From Basidiobolus meristosporus CBS 931.73 (Eukaryota > Fungi > Basidiobolomycota): a DNA stretch of 64,000 nt. Made by a program: the position numbers and the translations under genes. The notes beneath the pieces were generated by a model. The model did no database searches, had not been told where the DNA came from, and was given only the letters and a program-made list of their open reading frames with translations. The stretch spans positions 1 through 64,000 of the forward strand of contig MCFE01000463.1 of the NCBI GenBank assembly GCA_002104905.1. The letters run 5' to 3'. Shown piece after piece: positions 1-11,956 of the stretch (its first letter is position 1; each line of letters begins with the position of its first letter).

Positions 1-461
1 CACACAAGCAAATGTGTAGGTGCGTAACAGATCCAATAGCTGCAATTGTATTACAGATGACATATATATATGCAGGGTGTTTATTTATAGGGGTTTTGTC
101 TCAAATGTGAGACAACCTTGATATTACTTATATCAAAAATTTGATGATCACTGATTTGCAATGGCTCAATTTGGATTGCAAAAAAATGGGTTGTTGGGAT
201 CATTACAAATGTGTGCAATTCAAAGCAATTGCATCATCTTCTCCTGGGTTTTTTTCTCACAGGGATTACTACTGAAGCGTTTGGTAGTGACTCACTTTGC
301 ACACCTATACTACTTCCTGGCTGACTATCATCTTGGCTACTTGTGTATTTGTAGTCAGTATTTTGCCTCCTTGTTGATGAGTGCAATGCTGCAGCTTGGC
401 CATGCTGAATTGCTCCAACTGAACCAACTGAACCGGCCTGTAGTGCCATGCGCTGACGCGT

Positions 462-1538
462 TGTAGTGGGGTCACAGTGACACCCACAGGCAGATGTGCT
501 CATTCTCATACGTTCACTTCCCTAAAAAAGGATTACCCCCCTATATTAGTATCATCCCAAATTGCAATATTTTCTATTCTGTCTATGTGATTATTACTAT
601 GCAACCTGACAAACTATTTGTCACTATTAACCCATTGCACAAGCTATTCCTATTCCTTGCCAAAATGCCAAGATAAGATAGTTACCATATAAGGCAAGTA
701 CCCCCAACAGTGCCCATGTCATGTGACCATCTTGGTTTCATAATCCTCCTATCCTATTACCATAAGAGGCAACCACATGACACAGGGGTTTCATATTACC
801 ACTACCTGATTGGCTAGGTGCTACTATGTCTCATGGAACAATCCACCAAGAATTTGCGCTATTTTTAGTACGCAAAGACATGATTGGTTGTCTACTACCT
901 TCTGGAAACTTCCGGAAAGTATTTTCTAGCAAGAATTTGAGCAGCAAAAACGTATATAAGGGAGGCTATCCCTTAAAATAAATGATCCCTCTTCCAATAT
1001 TCCAACTTATTGATTAGTGAGATCACCGCTACCTATTACCACTATTTTCTGACTCAGACCTGACAACACTCCCAGGAAACTGTGCTGACAGCCAACTGAC
1101 CTTGGAGGCACTACTTGTGAGGAATACTCAGAGTAGGTATATTTTATTATATTGTTTGTTTTCCCAAGTTTATTCTTGTACAGGTAAAGATACTTTCAGT
1201 CTTTGTAACTATTGGTCAAAGCTGCATTCTTATCAAGTCCCTGTTGGTGGAGTTTACAGTTGTTTTGACTTTGGAAGCTTTAGTACATTGTCATCTCAAA
1301 GGACATTGAAGCCATTATAAACTTTTGTTAAGACACCAACTAAGTTGGGGATTGTAGTTCAATAGCTTTCCCTTGACAAGCTTGAGGCTTTATCCCTCAT
1401 CACATTAGATTAGACAAAAGACCCAGTATTCCTAGCAAGCTTTTGCCAGAGGTTATCGCACCCAGTGAACACCCCACACACATTTACACTTGAGAAGTCT
1501 TGGCCGTATTTTGCCCTTTGGACTTATGCACCACCACA
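462..1538 (+). repeat. 5' LTR (1077 bp), LTR family 1
   Basis: TGTAGTGGGG...CACCACCACA. Near-identical to 6572-7650, with roughly 25 differences by eye, many of them CpG-type. Confidence 0.97.
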
Positions 1539-1542
1539 TATT

Positions 1543-1560
1543 TGGAACCCAACGTGGGGG
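1543..1560 (+). promoter_or_regulatory. Primer-binding site, tRNA-Lys(CUU)-like
   Basis: TGGAACCCAACGTGGGGG here and TGGCACCCAACATGGGGG after the LTR ending at 57742. Both resemble the Lys1,2-type PBS TGGCGCCCAACGTGGGGC. Confidence 0.7.
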
Positions 1561-1679
1561 GTTCATACAAACTCCCTAGGACCCAACAAGATTTACCTGA
1601 AGATTTGAGCCGTTACCCATTTTATTGAAACAAGACTACAGATATAATCAAGACTATAGCACCAACCTACCTACCCAAA

Positions 1680-3637
1680 ATGAACTCTATGCCGTTACCA
1701 CTCTCACATGGAGCCCCACAGTTTGATGGAAAGAATGTGGAGAGCTTCCTATTCAGATGGGAGAAGCTCTGCAAGATGTGCAGCCTATCTGAACAAGAAA
1801 TGGCTGAAGACTTCCCCTACTACTGCACCAATGATATTACCACTAAGCTTCTCAGACAAGGAGACATTCTGACTGACTGGACCTTAATGAAGACCTACCT
1901 ACAGACCAAGTATGGTAGACCCCAGATATACTATGGAATTGAAGACCTCAGACACTTTGGATGGACAGGACTCTCCAAGCTACCACTTGAAGAGTTCATT
2001 CAACAGTATGAAGATATGGCCAAGCCACTCCTGGAGTCCCAGGCTATAACTGAGTTCACCATGACACTTTACCTTGCACAAGGGCTTCCCCAGAAATTGG
2101 CAAGCAAAGTTGACCTACATGCAGCCAAGGATGACAAGTCTGGCATTCCTTGCTTTGCAGAGATGAAATGTGTACTCCTAGAGGCAAAGCAAACTTCTAC
2201 TGTTATGAGACTCCTGACATCTAATCTGCCAGACCAGCCAACCAAGGAGCTAAAGAGTGCTGTTGCTGACAATCAGACCTACACTACCAACAGAATTGAC
2301 CAACTTGCTGAACAGCTACAAAAGCTAGCCCTCAAGATTAACGGCTCAGCTGAGGTAGCTACTGAGGGCCAAAGAGCTTTGCCTAGACACTGCATTTGGT
2401 GTGACTCTGCTCAGCATGCCAGACAAGAATGCTCAGAGCTTAGCCAGCTACTTAGAGAAGGAACAGTACAGTTTGATGCTGATGGAATTCTTGCTGATAA
2501 GGAAGGAAAAAGGATTCCCATTAATTTCCAAAGAGGTGGAATAAGAGCCCTTTTCCAGAAGTCTGACTCAGCAGCTAGAAAGATTACTGTTGATGCCCCT
2601 ATTGAGACTCATACAGTGAGTCCAAACAGCCCTGACAACAGAAAATACAAAGTAGACACCTTTGCTACTAAGAGACACCTTCCTGAAGAACCTGTCAAAC
2701 CCATCCTTAGAAGGCCACAATTTGAAGAGCCTGAGGTTATTATTGACAAGAGGCCTGGAACACTGCCCACCCAAGACCCATTACCGCACTTTCAGATGAC
2801 CTCAAAGATAGCAGGCTACTCAAGCCCCCAATTGATTACTGAGAAACTACTGAAGCAGAACCTCACTTTGTCAGTTGGAGAAATCATGAGTGTATCACCA
2901 TCTGTTAGGAAGACCTTTGATGAGCAGCTTAGAACAAGAAGACAAGCTGTTGAGCATATGGACACCCATATAATCCAGACAAACCATGAAGACCACAAAA
3001 AGGATGACAACACTACCAAATATAAGACCTTTTACTCAGTTGCAACTGCAGTGGTGAAAGGGTATATTTATGATGATCCTGTTGACTGCCATATTGACAG
3101 TGGTTCAGAGATTTGTGTTATGCTGCTAGACTTCTGGAAGACGCTTAGAAGCAAGGAGCTACTGCCTGTTGATAGAGATATTGGATGGAACATGACTGAT
3201 GCAAACTCAGGATCTAGTCCACTCTATGGTGTAGTGCACAAGTTCCTATTGAGGTACAAGGAATCAAGGTCTGGCTTCCCCTCTTTATCTGCCAGAAGGC
3301 AAACTTTGACCTTCTGTTAGGCAGATTATGGGAGACCAGTACTAAGGCTACAACTACCAACTATTCTGATGGGTCAGTGTGGTACACTATACAAGGATCC
3401 AACCCAGGACTACAGTCAACGTTCTGTGGGGTAACACCCAACAATAAGAGGACACATACCGCTTGCCAGAAGACACATCTTGTTATAGAAGATGATGAGG
3501 AGCCTGACAATATACACCCCAACAGTTGGAGCTGCTCATTAGGTATACAGGAGCAGACAGCTATGGTTTGCACAAAATACAAGACAGTAGAACAGAAGAT
3601 TAGACCATCACTTACACCTTTAACTGATGGATCTTGA
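1680..3637 (+). pseudogene. gag: Gag-protease, broken by a 1-bp deletion near 3243
   Basis: Zinc knuckle CIWCDSAQHARQEC and aspartic protease HIDSGSE. The copy at 57883 reads through this point in one frame (aagtttcc vs aagttcc). Confidence 0.9.
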
Positions 3638-6532
3638 CCTGCTGATTACATCAGACCACCAGAAGGAACACCAGAAGATATACAACTTACACCTGAGAGA
3701 CTTAAGCAACTTATCATTGGTGATGGAAACCTAACACCGGAGGAGATCCTACTATTTGAAGAAACCCTGATAAGGCATGATAAGGTTTTCTCATATAATG
3801 ACAAGGAGATGGGACTCTTAAAGACATTGGTTGAAAAACCTATCAAGATTCATACAGTGCCCCACACACCCTGGTCATTTAAGCCTTACCCACTACCTAG
3901 AGGACTCCAAGCTGATGTGCATGACCTACTTAAGAAGAAGATTGAAGCTGGTATCCTAGAACCTTGCCATGGACCTTATGCTAACAGATGGTTTGTGACC
4001 AAAAAGAAGAATGGGAAGCTCCAATTCATTCAAGACATGCAACCTGCAAATGCTGTCACTATCAGAGATGCTGCAATACCTCCATCTATTGATGACTTTG
4101 CAGAAAGCTTTAGTGGTCACTCCATCTACTCAACATATGATCTCTACTCAGGATATGACCAGATCCCCCTAGATGAGACGTCAAGAGATATGTTTGCACT
4201 CCAGACGCCATTTGGACTGTTAAGAATGACAAGACTCAGCCAAGGGGCAACAAACTTGGTGGCTCAGTTCCAGAGATGCATGGTAAATGTGCTCTACCAG
4301 TTTATACCTGAGAAACTTGCTGTCTTTGTTGATGACATAGGCATCAAAGGACCAAAACTCCGGGACACAACTGAAGTTATGCCTGGAGTAAGAAAGTTTG
4401 TCTATGACCATGTTTCAGACAATGATGCCATTTTAGGAGCCATTGAAGAAGCTGGACTCACCATCAGTGGTGAGAAAAGCAGCTTTGGTGTATCAGAGAT
4501 ATCCATTGTTGGACAAAAATGCAACACCTTTGGTTGTTCACCCGGAGACTCCAAGACACAAAAAATATGCAACTGGCCTACCCCCACAAATCTAACACAA
4601 GCTTGTGGCTTTGTGGCAGCTTGTGGATTCTTTAGGATCTGGATCCCAAGATTTTCTGAGATAGCAGAACCAATCTACCAACTACAGAGAAAGAATGCCC
4701 CATTTAACTGGGGAGAAGAGCAAGAAGAAGCCATGCAATTACTAAAAGAGGCCTTAGTATCTCCACCAGTTCTGAGACCTCTTGACTATCAGAACACCAA
4801 ATGCCCACCTATCTTGACAGTGGATGCAAGCCCTATAGGAGCTGGAGCACTACTTGGCCAAGAAGATGAAGATGGCAACCGCTATGCCTGCAGATATGAG
4901 AGCTGCCCCTTCTCTCCTAGAGAACAAAGATACTCACAGATTAAGAGAGAGCTACTAGGAGTTGTGAAGATGCTGAGAAAGCTGAAGTCACAACTCTACA
5001 TGACACATTTCATCCTGGAGACAGATGCTAAGCCACTTATAGGAATGATCAACAAGTATGATCTACCTGATGATGCCACAAATTGGTGGATGGCATGGCT
5101 GAAAATGTTTGACTTTGAGGTCAGACATATCCCTGGCAAGAAAAATGTTATGGCCAATGCACTCTCCAGGAAGGGACCACAGTTGTCTGAAGATATGGAC
5201 CCTGACTTTGATGACATAATTGATGCAGTAATCCAACAACTACATGTGAAGAAGCCCAGCTACTCTACATGGAACACCATTCAAGACTATCTGAGAGCCT
5301 TAGAGAAGCCACCAGGAATGAGCCCACATGATTTCAGAAAGCTCAGGAAGAAGGCCCATCATTTCTACATAAAAAATGGCCTCCACTTCAAATGAGTAAA
5401 GCCTGGACAGACACCAAGGAGAGTTATAGTTGAGCCCCAGGAACAACTGACTATTATGTCAAGCCTTCATGAAGGAAGACCTGGTGGTCATAGAGGCAGA
5501 GATGCCACTTACAATGTTGTTTCCAGTAGATACTACTGGGAGCATATGTATCATGATGTCCCACACTTTGTTGAATCTTGTGACATTTGCCAAAGAAGGT
5601 CAACCAAGAGATATGAGGAGCTGCTCCATTCAACCTACACACCTTGTCTATGGCAAAAGGTTGGCATTGACCTGGTCCACATGCCAACTGCTGGAACCAA
5701 GAAGTACCTTGTTGTTGCCAGAGATGATCTGAGTGGGTGGGTAGAAGCTTGAGCCCTATCCAATAACAAAAGCCACACCATATGGAGATTTATTCTTGAG
5801 GATATAATATGCAGATTTGGCTGCATCAGCCAGTTTGTTGCTGACCAAGGAGAAATGACTTCAAATTTGATCCAGGAACTCTGGTCACAATACAAGATTC
5901 ATATTGCTTTCACCACCGCTTATCACCCACAGGCCAATGGAATGGTTGAAAGAGGCCATGGCCCGTTGGTTAACTCCCTAGTCAAGAGCTGCAACAACAT
6001 GACACTACAGTGGCCTACACAACTTCATCTAGCACTCTGGGCGGATATAATCACTACAAAACGCAGCACAGGTCTATCTCCATTCAAATTGCTTTATGGA
6101 CATGATTGTGTTCTTCCCATAGAGCTTGACTCAACATCCTGGAACATGCTAGAGTGGAGAACTACAATGAGTACAGAAGAACTACTGACTACACGCATCA
6201 AACAGCTTGATCACCATGAACTTGATATTACCTAAGCAGCTGCTAAACTCAAAGAGACAAGACTTCAGAACAAGGAACCATTTGACAAGTCACATAGCCT
6301 TAGACCAAAACCATTACTGCAAGGAGATCCAGTACTGCTCTATGATTCCACTTTAGACAAGCAGTGGAGTTGCAAATTCAACAATAAATGGTCTGGCCCA
6401 TTTATTATCTCTAAGGTGATTGGAAATGGAAGCTACTACTTGTCTGAGCTTGATGAAACACCGCTAAGAACACCTGTGGCAGGAAACAGACTTAAGCTAT
6501 TCAAGCACCGGAATTTTGCACATCACATTTAG
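3638..6532 (+). pseudogene. pol: Pol: RT (FVDD), RNase H, integrase (zinc finger, DDE core, GPY/F module, no chromodomain); several in-frame stops
   Basis: Track ORFs 3809..5395, 5456..5752 and 5855..6235 are all in one frame, separated by TGA/TAA stops. Motifs include HEGRPGGH...CDICQ, DLVHMP and YHPQANGMVER. Confidence 0.95.
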
Positions 6533-6571
6533 TTTGCTTTGACCTGAGTTCAAAGCTGAGAGGGGGGTAGA

Positions 6572-7650
6572 TGTAGTGGGGTCACAGTGACACCCACAGG
6601 CAGATGAGCTCATTCTCATACGTTCACTTCCCTAAAAAAGGATTACCCCCCCTATATTAGTATCATCCCAAATTGCAATATTTTCTATTCTGTCTATGTG
6701 ATTATTACTATGCAACCTGACAAACTATTTGTCACTATTAACCCATTGCACAAGCTATTCCTATTCCTTGCTGAGATGCCAAGATAAGAAAGTTACCATA
6801 TAAGGCAAGTACCCCCAACAGTGCCCATGTCATGTGACCATCTTGATTTCATAACCCTCCTATCCTACTACCATAAGAGGCAACCACATGACACAGGGGT
6901 TTCATATTACCACTACCTGATTGGCTAGGTGCTACTATGTCTCATGGAACAATCTGCCAAGAATTTGCGCTATTTTTAGTACGCAAAGACATGATTGGTT
7001 GTCTACTACCTTCTGGAAACTTCCGGAAAGTATTTTCTAGCAAGAATTTGAGCAGCAAAAAAGTATATAAGGGAGGCTATCCCTTAAAATAAATGATCCC
7101 TCTTCCAATATTCCAACTTATTGATTAGTGAGATCACCGCTACCTATTACCACTATTTTCTGACTCAGACCTGACAACACTCCCAGGAAACCACGCTGAC
7201 AGCCAACTGACCTTGGAGGCACTACTTGTGAGGAATACTCAGAGTAGGTATATTTTATTATATTGTTTGTTTTCCCAAGTTTGTTCTTGTACAGGTAAAG
7301 ATACTTTTCAGTCTTTGTAACTATTGGTCAAAGCTGCATTCTTATCAAGTCCCTGTTGGTGGAGTTTACAGTTGTTTTGACTTTGGAAGCTTTAGTACAT
7401 TGTCATCTCAAAGGATGTTGAAGCCATTATAAACTTTTGTTAAGACGCCAACTAAGTTGGGGATTGTAGTTCAATAGTTTTCCCTTGACAAGCTTGAGGC
7501 TTTATCCCCCATCACATTAGATTAGACAAAAGACCCAGTATTCCTAGCAAGCTTTTGCCAGAGGTTATTGCACCCAGTGAACACCCCACACACATTTACA
7601 CTTGAGAAGTGTTGGCCATATTTTGCCCTTTGGACTTATACACCACCACA
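6572..7650 (+). repeat. 3' LTR (1079 bp), LTR family 1
   Basis: Direct repeat of 462-1538, preceded by a PPT. Confidence 0.97.
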
Positions 7651-8916
7651 GCATTCTTTTACTTGCCAAGGGCTCCAGTGGTTGAGGCACTTCATGTTGG
7701 TCATCATCAGTCAGTTCACCAGAAGTAACTCACTGATGGTCAGGCAAAACGGCATGCGCAGGCGCGCCTTGACACGTTGAGATGGCCCTTGGCTGAGTTC
7801 AATGTGATGCTGCATGTTGATGCAACTCAGTCCGCTCCAATAGACTTGTGTCTAAATGAGCAGTTTGGCAAGTTCTTGTAGTTTTGCTCTGAAGCACGCG
7901 CGTTGACTCAATGCGGGGCATTCTGGCAAAGGGTGTTGGCGTGGTCTGGACTGACGTGCGCTGGCACGCTTTAGTTGCAAGAGATGGTAGGGAATCTAGC
8001 AAGGCGTGCTGGCACAATCTGGACAATGTTGCTTGCGGTCTGTATTCTTCCTCCTGAAGCTCACCATCTGATTCCTCAAGGTATTCACTTACCCTCTGTC
8101 TGATACTTTGGAGCTGTTGCCTGGATGCATCCTGTGTATATTGCTCTTGGAAGCCACTTAGCTCTACTAATATATCACATAGTACATTAGTCATTTGAGG
8201 CAAAAACACATTCAAAATCTCTTTGGTTCCAAAAGTTGAAGCACAAACGGGCGTGTCTGGCCCGTACTGTGCAAATTGCGCGCAAAATTGTTCCCGCACG
8301 GCTTCTTTGTCGAATCCCCTCACTCTCAGCTCATTCTTGATTTCAATACTTGTCTTGTTATATATCTTCTTACATACATTAGCTGGCATCTTGATGTAGA
8401 ACTCATGCCACAGCTTTCTACTCAAATTCTTCCATCTTTGTCAACTCTCTGAGGTATCTAGTTCTGCTAGATTAATCAGTAGTGCCCAAATATCTGTATG
8501 AAGGCTCATTATAGACATTTAGGCCACACTAAAATCATTTGGTAAGAACTTGAACGGATCCAACATTGACTTTTCCGGACTGGCAGTATATTGGCATCAA
8601 CCTGGTCTTATATAAAATATATACAAAAACTAGTGTGATTGTTGAATTTTCCATATATTATGATTGATGCATCTTGGATTGCGTTGACACGGATTGGATC
8701 ACATCAATTGCAGATTTCCTATTTGATTATAGACCTATGATTAAAGCATCAAGAAAAGTACCAAGGCATTGTTTGCGGATGAATTTTGCAACATAGTGAT
8801 GGGATACATGGCAATCAATGGCGATTTAACCATAATGTATTAAAAATCAGATAAATAACTCAGATTGTGCTGAATTGAGTCAAACCGCCTCCATACAATC
8901 ATCCACCAATTTTATT

Positions 8917-9800
8917 ATGACTTACTCATCTGAATGGTCTTTTCTCATCAATCCCATCACTACCACTGGATTTCCTTTTGACACACTAGAGGAGATCTAT
9001 TCCAAGTACTGTGGACCATCAACCCCAATCTTCTCAGGGACATCCCTTGTTAAGCTTCTCTGCTATTACAAGAACTATTACCCACAAGGTTTCATCCCAC
9101 CATCCATGGCAACAAAAGTCCTGGAAGCTTTCATTCCCAGCTGACAGCAATGGAGAACCACCTTGCAGAGGGTATGAATGACTTAGAGCAAGCTTGGAAT
9201 ACTAGGTTCAGAAGCTCCAATAGACTTCCATATCCCAGAGTGTTCAGCAACAGGTTCCATATCAGGAGTATTTTGGATACCTTCCCAGTGAGGATTAACA
9301 GACCTTCTAGAGGGCAGAGGCACTTTTATTCTGGCAAGTACAAGGCACACTGTGTGAAGTTTCAAGCACTGTCTGACATTGAGGGTAACATCATCTGGTT
9401 TAGTGGGCCATTTGCTGGAAGTAGGCATGACAAAGCACTCTGGGTAGAGAATCATCCTGAACTCAGTAGAGGGGAGAAATGTATGGCAGACTTAACTTAT
9501 ATAGGAGAGGATTGTCAGAAATTCGGATGTATTACAGCTTATAGGAAGCCAAGGAATGGTGTGCTTAGCAGGAAGCAGAAGCTCTACAATGAGATATTTA
9601 ATCATTTCAGAGTGAGGGTAGAGCACACATTTGGATATCTGAAGAGATTCAGCATATTTGCAGGTAAATACAGAGGAAAGTCATATATAGGTGAAAACAG
9701 CAGAATAGGTAAAATAGTTAAGATACTTATTAATGCACAGTATGTGCATACAAGAAGACATCCACTGAGAGAAATGTGTCTGGAGCATTATGAAGAGTAA
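8917..9800 (+). pseudogene. DDE_Tnp_4-type (PIF/Harbinger/IS5-like) transposase with one frameshift near 9135
   Basis: Motifs ILDTFPV, FYSGKYKAHCVKFQ, SGPFAGSRHD, MADLTYIG and RVRVEHTFGYLKRF give a D-D-E triad. Track ORF 8875..9144 supplies the N-terminal part in another frame. Confidence 0.88.
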
Positions 9801-9983
9801 GTAAAGCAAGGAAAGAACTATTCTGAGCAACATAAGTAAGATTGAGCAAAATTACCAGTAATTGTATCATACCACTGGCATCATGGTAGAAATTATAGTG
9901 CCAGATATTGCCGTAGAGTGCCAGATCAGTCTGGCACCATAAACTGGCTGGCACTATGTGGCACTATCCAACGGAACAAGTCT

Positions 9984-11019
9984 ATTCCTTCTCCCTGCTG
10001 GATTTTAGTCCCCTTATATGTGCACTCTGGCTTTTGTGTATGTGAACTCTTTATTGAATGGTATAGAAGTTGGCTTATGACCATGAGAAATCTGGCATAT
10101 ATTGGTAGAGTTCTCCTTATAAAAATTAGTTGCTTGTTGCACCCAACCCAACCTTGCATTACATAACTGATTGCCCACATATTGGGGCTGCTTAGCTTCT
10201 TAATGCCATAGGCATAGGTGTCTCCATGTGCACATTTGTCCTCAGTATTTTCCAACCCTGTCTGGCTGTCCTCCATGTGCCAACCTATTGCATCCATGAC
10301 AGACTTGAAGGTAATATTCTTGATGAGATTGGGATATGGTAGTACCTGCAACTTGACTCATCTTGCTATCTCCCCACACACCTACTACATAGGAAACTCC
10401 TAAAAGGTGAAGCAAGGCCCAATATTCTCCACACACTGTGCAAGATGGAGTAGAGAATGGATACAGTAGTGGCAGAGATCTATGCATTCAGCTTCATGTT
10501 TGTAGTATAGCTGCTCAAATCCCATCACAAACTCCTCACACAACAGCTGTAGATGTGTCAAGTTGGCATTGGTGATCTGCTGCTGAATAAATATTCCTAC
10601 AATGTCCACATATGACTCCCAATGCTTCCAATGTACTCTTGGTAGGAATGGCTACAGAACACCACTGGAATAAATACATATCCAGTTCATCCAGTCTTTG
10701 CATTTGTATTGTTGCATATGCGTATGAATATTAATTGGAACCTGTGAGAAGTACTTAGGGTAATGGATACTCTGTAACAGACTTGTTCCATTGTGCCATT
10801 TATCATAGTGCCAGAAAGTGCTGTATATTTTGTTATTGATTTGATACTTTAAGGTCATATGCATGTTAAATTTGATCCCAAATTGGTACTGTATGGCACC
10901 ATCTAGCACTCTGTGGCATGATCAGGCACCATCTGGCATGCTATGGCACTATTGGGCACTATGATCAGATGAAATGATGGAACAAGTCCAATATCTTGCC
11001 AATTCTTTCAGATTTCTAC
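9984..11019 (-). pseudogene. CACTA/En-Spm-type (Tnp2/DUF4218-like) transposase fragment
   Basis: IHSLLHLAQCVENIGPCFTF(*)EFPM and YKCKDWMNWI motifs. Homologous to 31800-32868 and 53921-54700. Confidence 0.8.
10779..10989. mobile_element. Short MITE (211 bp) with AGACTTGTTCC termini
   Basis: AGACTTGTTCC...GGAACAAGTCC, flanked by AAC and AAT. The empty site CTCTGT-AAT-ATCTTGCC is present in the paralog near 54143-54159. Inverted relative of 48206-48378. Confidence 0.85.
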
Positions 11020-11956
11020 TGTCATGATCACATGACAACCATGAACACCCATGCCAAGTTTCAGCTTCCTAGCTCTATTTCTAAGAGATACCTTCTGGAA
11101 CCTTCTACCACCTTCCAGAAAGCTCCTGACCATTCCAAACCATTGTTACACAACAAAACATTCCATGGAAGCTTCCCATTGTATTTTCATAGTCCAGCAC
11201 CATATATGGAAATACCAGGTCACATGACTTAGTCACATGATCAGCCATTGGGCCTCACCATTGCCCCTGCTGTGTTTCAACACCTCATGAGTGAAATATT
11301 CTGTGAGCACCTTGACCAGTATGTGGTAATCTACCTTGATGATATTCTCATATACTCCCAAAGCCAAGATAAACATGATGAACATGTCAAGAAAGTATTG
11401 AGAAAACTAGACTCTGCCGGTCTCTATGCCAAGCTAGAGAAGTGTAAATTTGACTAGAGAGAAGTGGAATTTCTTGGTTACCTCATCAGCCCTGAGGGAA
11501 CAAGAATGGACCCAAAGAAAGTTGACTCAGTCCAATCCTGGAAAACTCCAAGTTCAGTCAAGGAAGTACAATCCTTCCTGGGATTTGCCAACTTCTATTG
11601 CAGGTTCATAGCCAACTACTCCAAGATAGTCACCCCTCTGACAAAGCTTATCCAGAAGAACACACCTTTTGCCTGGAATGAGGAGCAATCCACCTCATTC
11701 AATCAACTCAAAAAATCTTTCCTGAAGGCCCCTTGTTTGCCCACCCTGACCTTGAGAAGCAACTCATAGTGGAGACTGATGCTTCTGATTTTGCCCTTGG
11801 TGCTATACTCTCCCAGTATTATGAAGACAATGTGTTGCACCCCATTGCATTCTACACTTGGAAGTTTTCCCCTGCGGAGAACAACTATGATATATATGAT
11901 AAGGAGTTGCTTGCCATCATTGTAGCCTTTGAGCAATGGAGACACTACCTGGATGG

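Larger units (their letters stand above)
462..7650 (+). mobile_element. Full-length Ty3/gypsy LTR retrotransposon (Ylt1-like), decayed, with a 4-bp TSD
   Basis: Two TG...CA LTRs, PBS, gag-PR-RT-RH-IN order and PPT GAGAGGGGGGTAGA (6558-6571). Flanks are GCGT (458-461) and GCAT (7651-7654). Confidence 0.97.
234..8566 (-). pseudogene. ORF2 of the Harbinger-like element, ~379 aa when reconstructed from 8566-7651 plus 461-234; weak F-box-like N-terminus and basic C-terminus (KKPRRR)
   Basis: The ATG at 8566 is in frame with track ORF 7799..8425. Removing the Ty3 element and one 4-bp TSD joins KRT|RQRMALQAG in frame to track ORF 234..509. The internal stops correspond to sense codons (e.g. CAA) in the paralogs. 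Confidence 0.7.
1..9983 (+). mobile_element. PIF/Harbinger-superfamily (Pangu-like) DNA transposon, copy 1; left end lies outside the window; interrupted by a Ty3/gypsy element at 462-7650
   Basis: Right terminus ...GGCACTATCCAACGGAACAAGTCT ends at 9983 and is followed by ATT. It carries a DDE transposase (+) and a divergent second ORF (-). Paralogous copies at 26746-28260 (inverted) and 51610-53920 supply the left AGACT(T/G)(G/A)TTCC end. Confidence 0.8.

Noticed and set aside
1543-1560. tRNA-like sequence
   Set aside because: It is only the short complement of a tRNA 3' end next to an LTR (a PBS), not a tRNA gene.
3240-3250. Apparent gag/pro frameshift site
   Set aside because: The copy at 57883 has one extra T and reads through in frame, so this is a 1-bp deletion rather than a programmed frameshift.
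3635-3637. In-frame TGA between protease and RT shared by both Ylt1-like copies (also 59839-59841), in a leaky TGA-C context, suggesting programmed readthrough
   Set aside because: CGA to TGA is the commonest lesion in this window, and several other stops in these copies have that origin. Two related copies cannot separate shared decay from programming. It would be revived only if young genomic copies all carry TGA.
9984-10989. Idea that the CACTA-type transposase is bounded by AGACTTGTTCC termini
   Set aside because: 10779-10989 is a separate MITE with TIRs at both ends; the paralog near 54150 shows the empty site.
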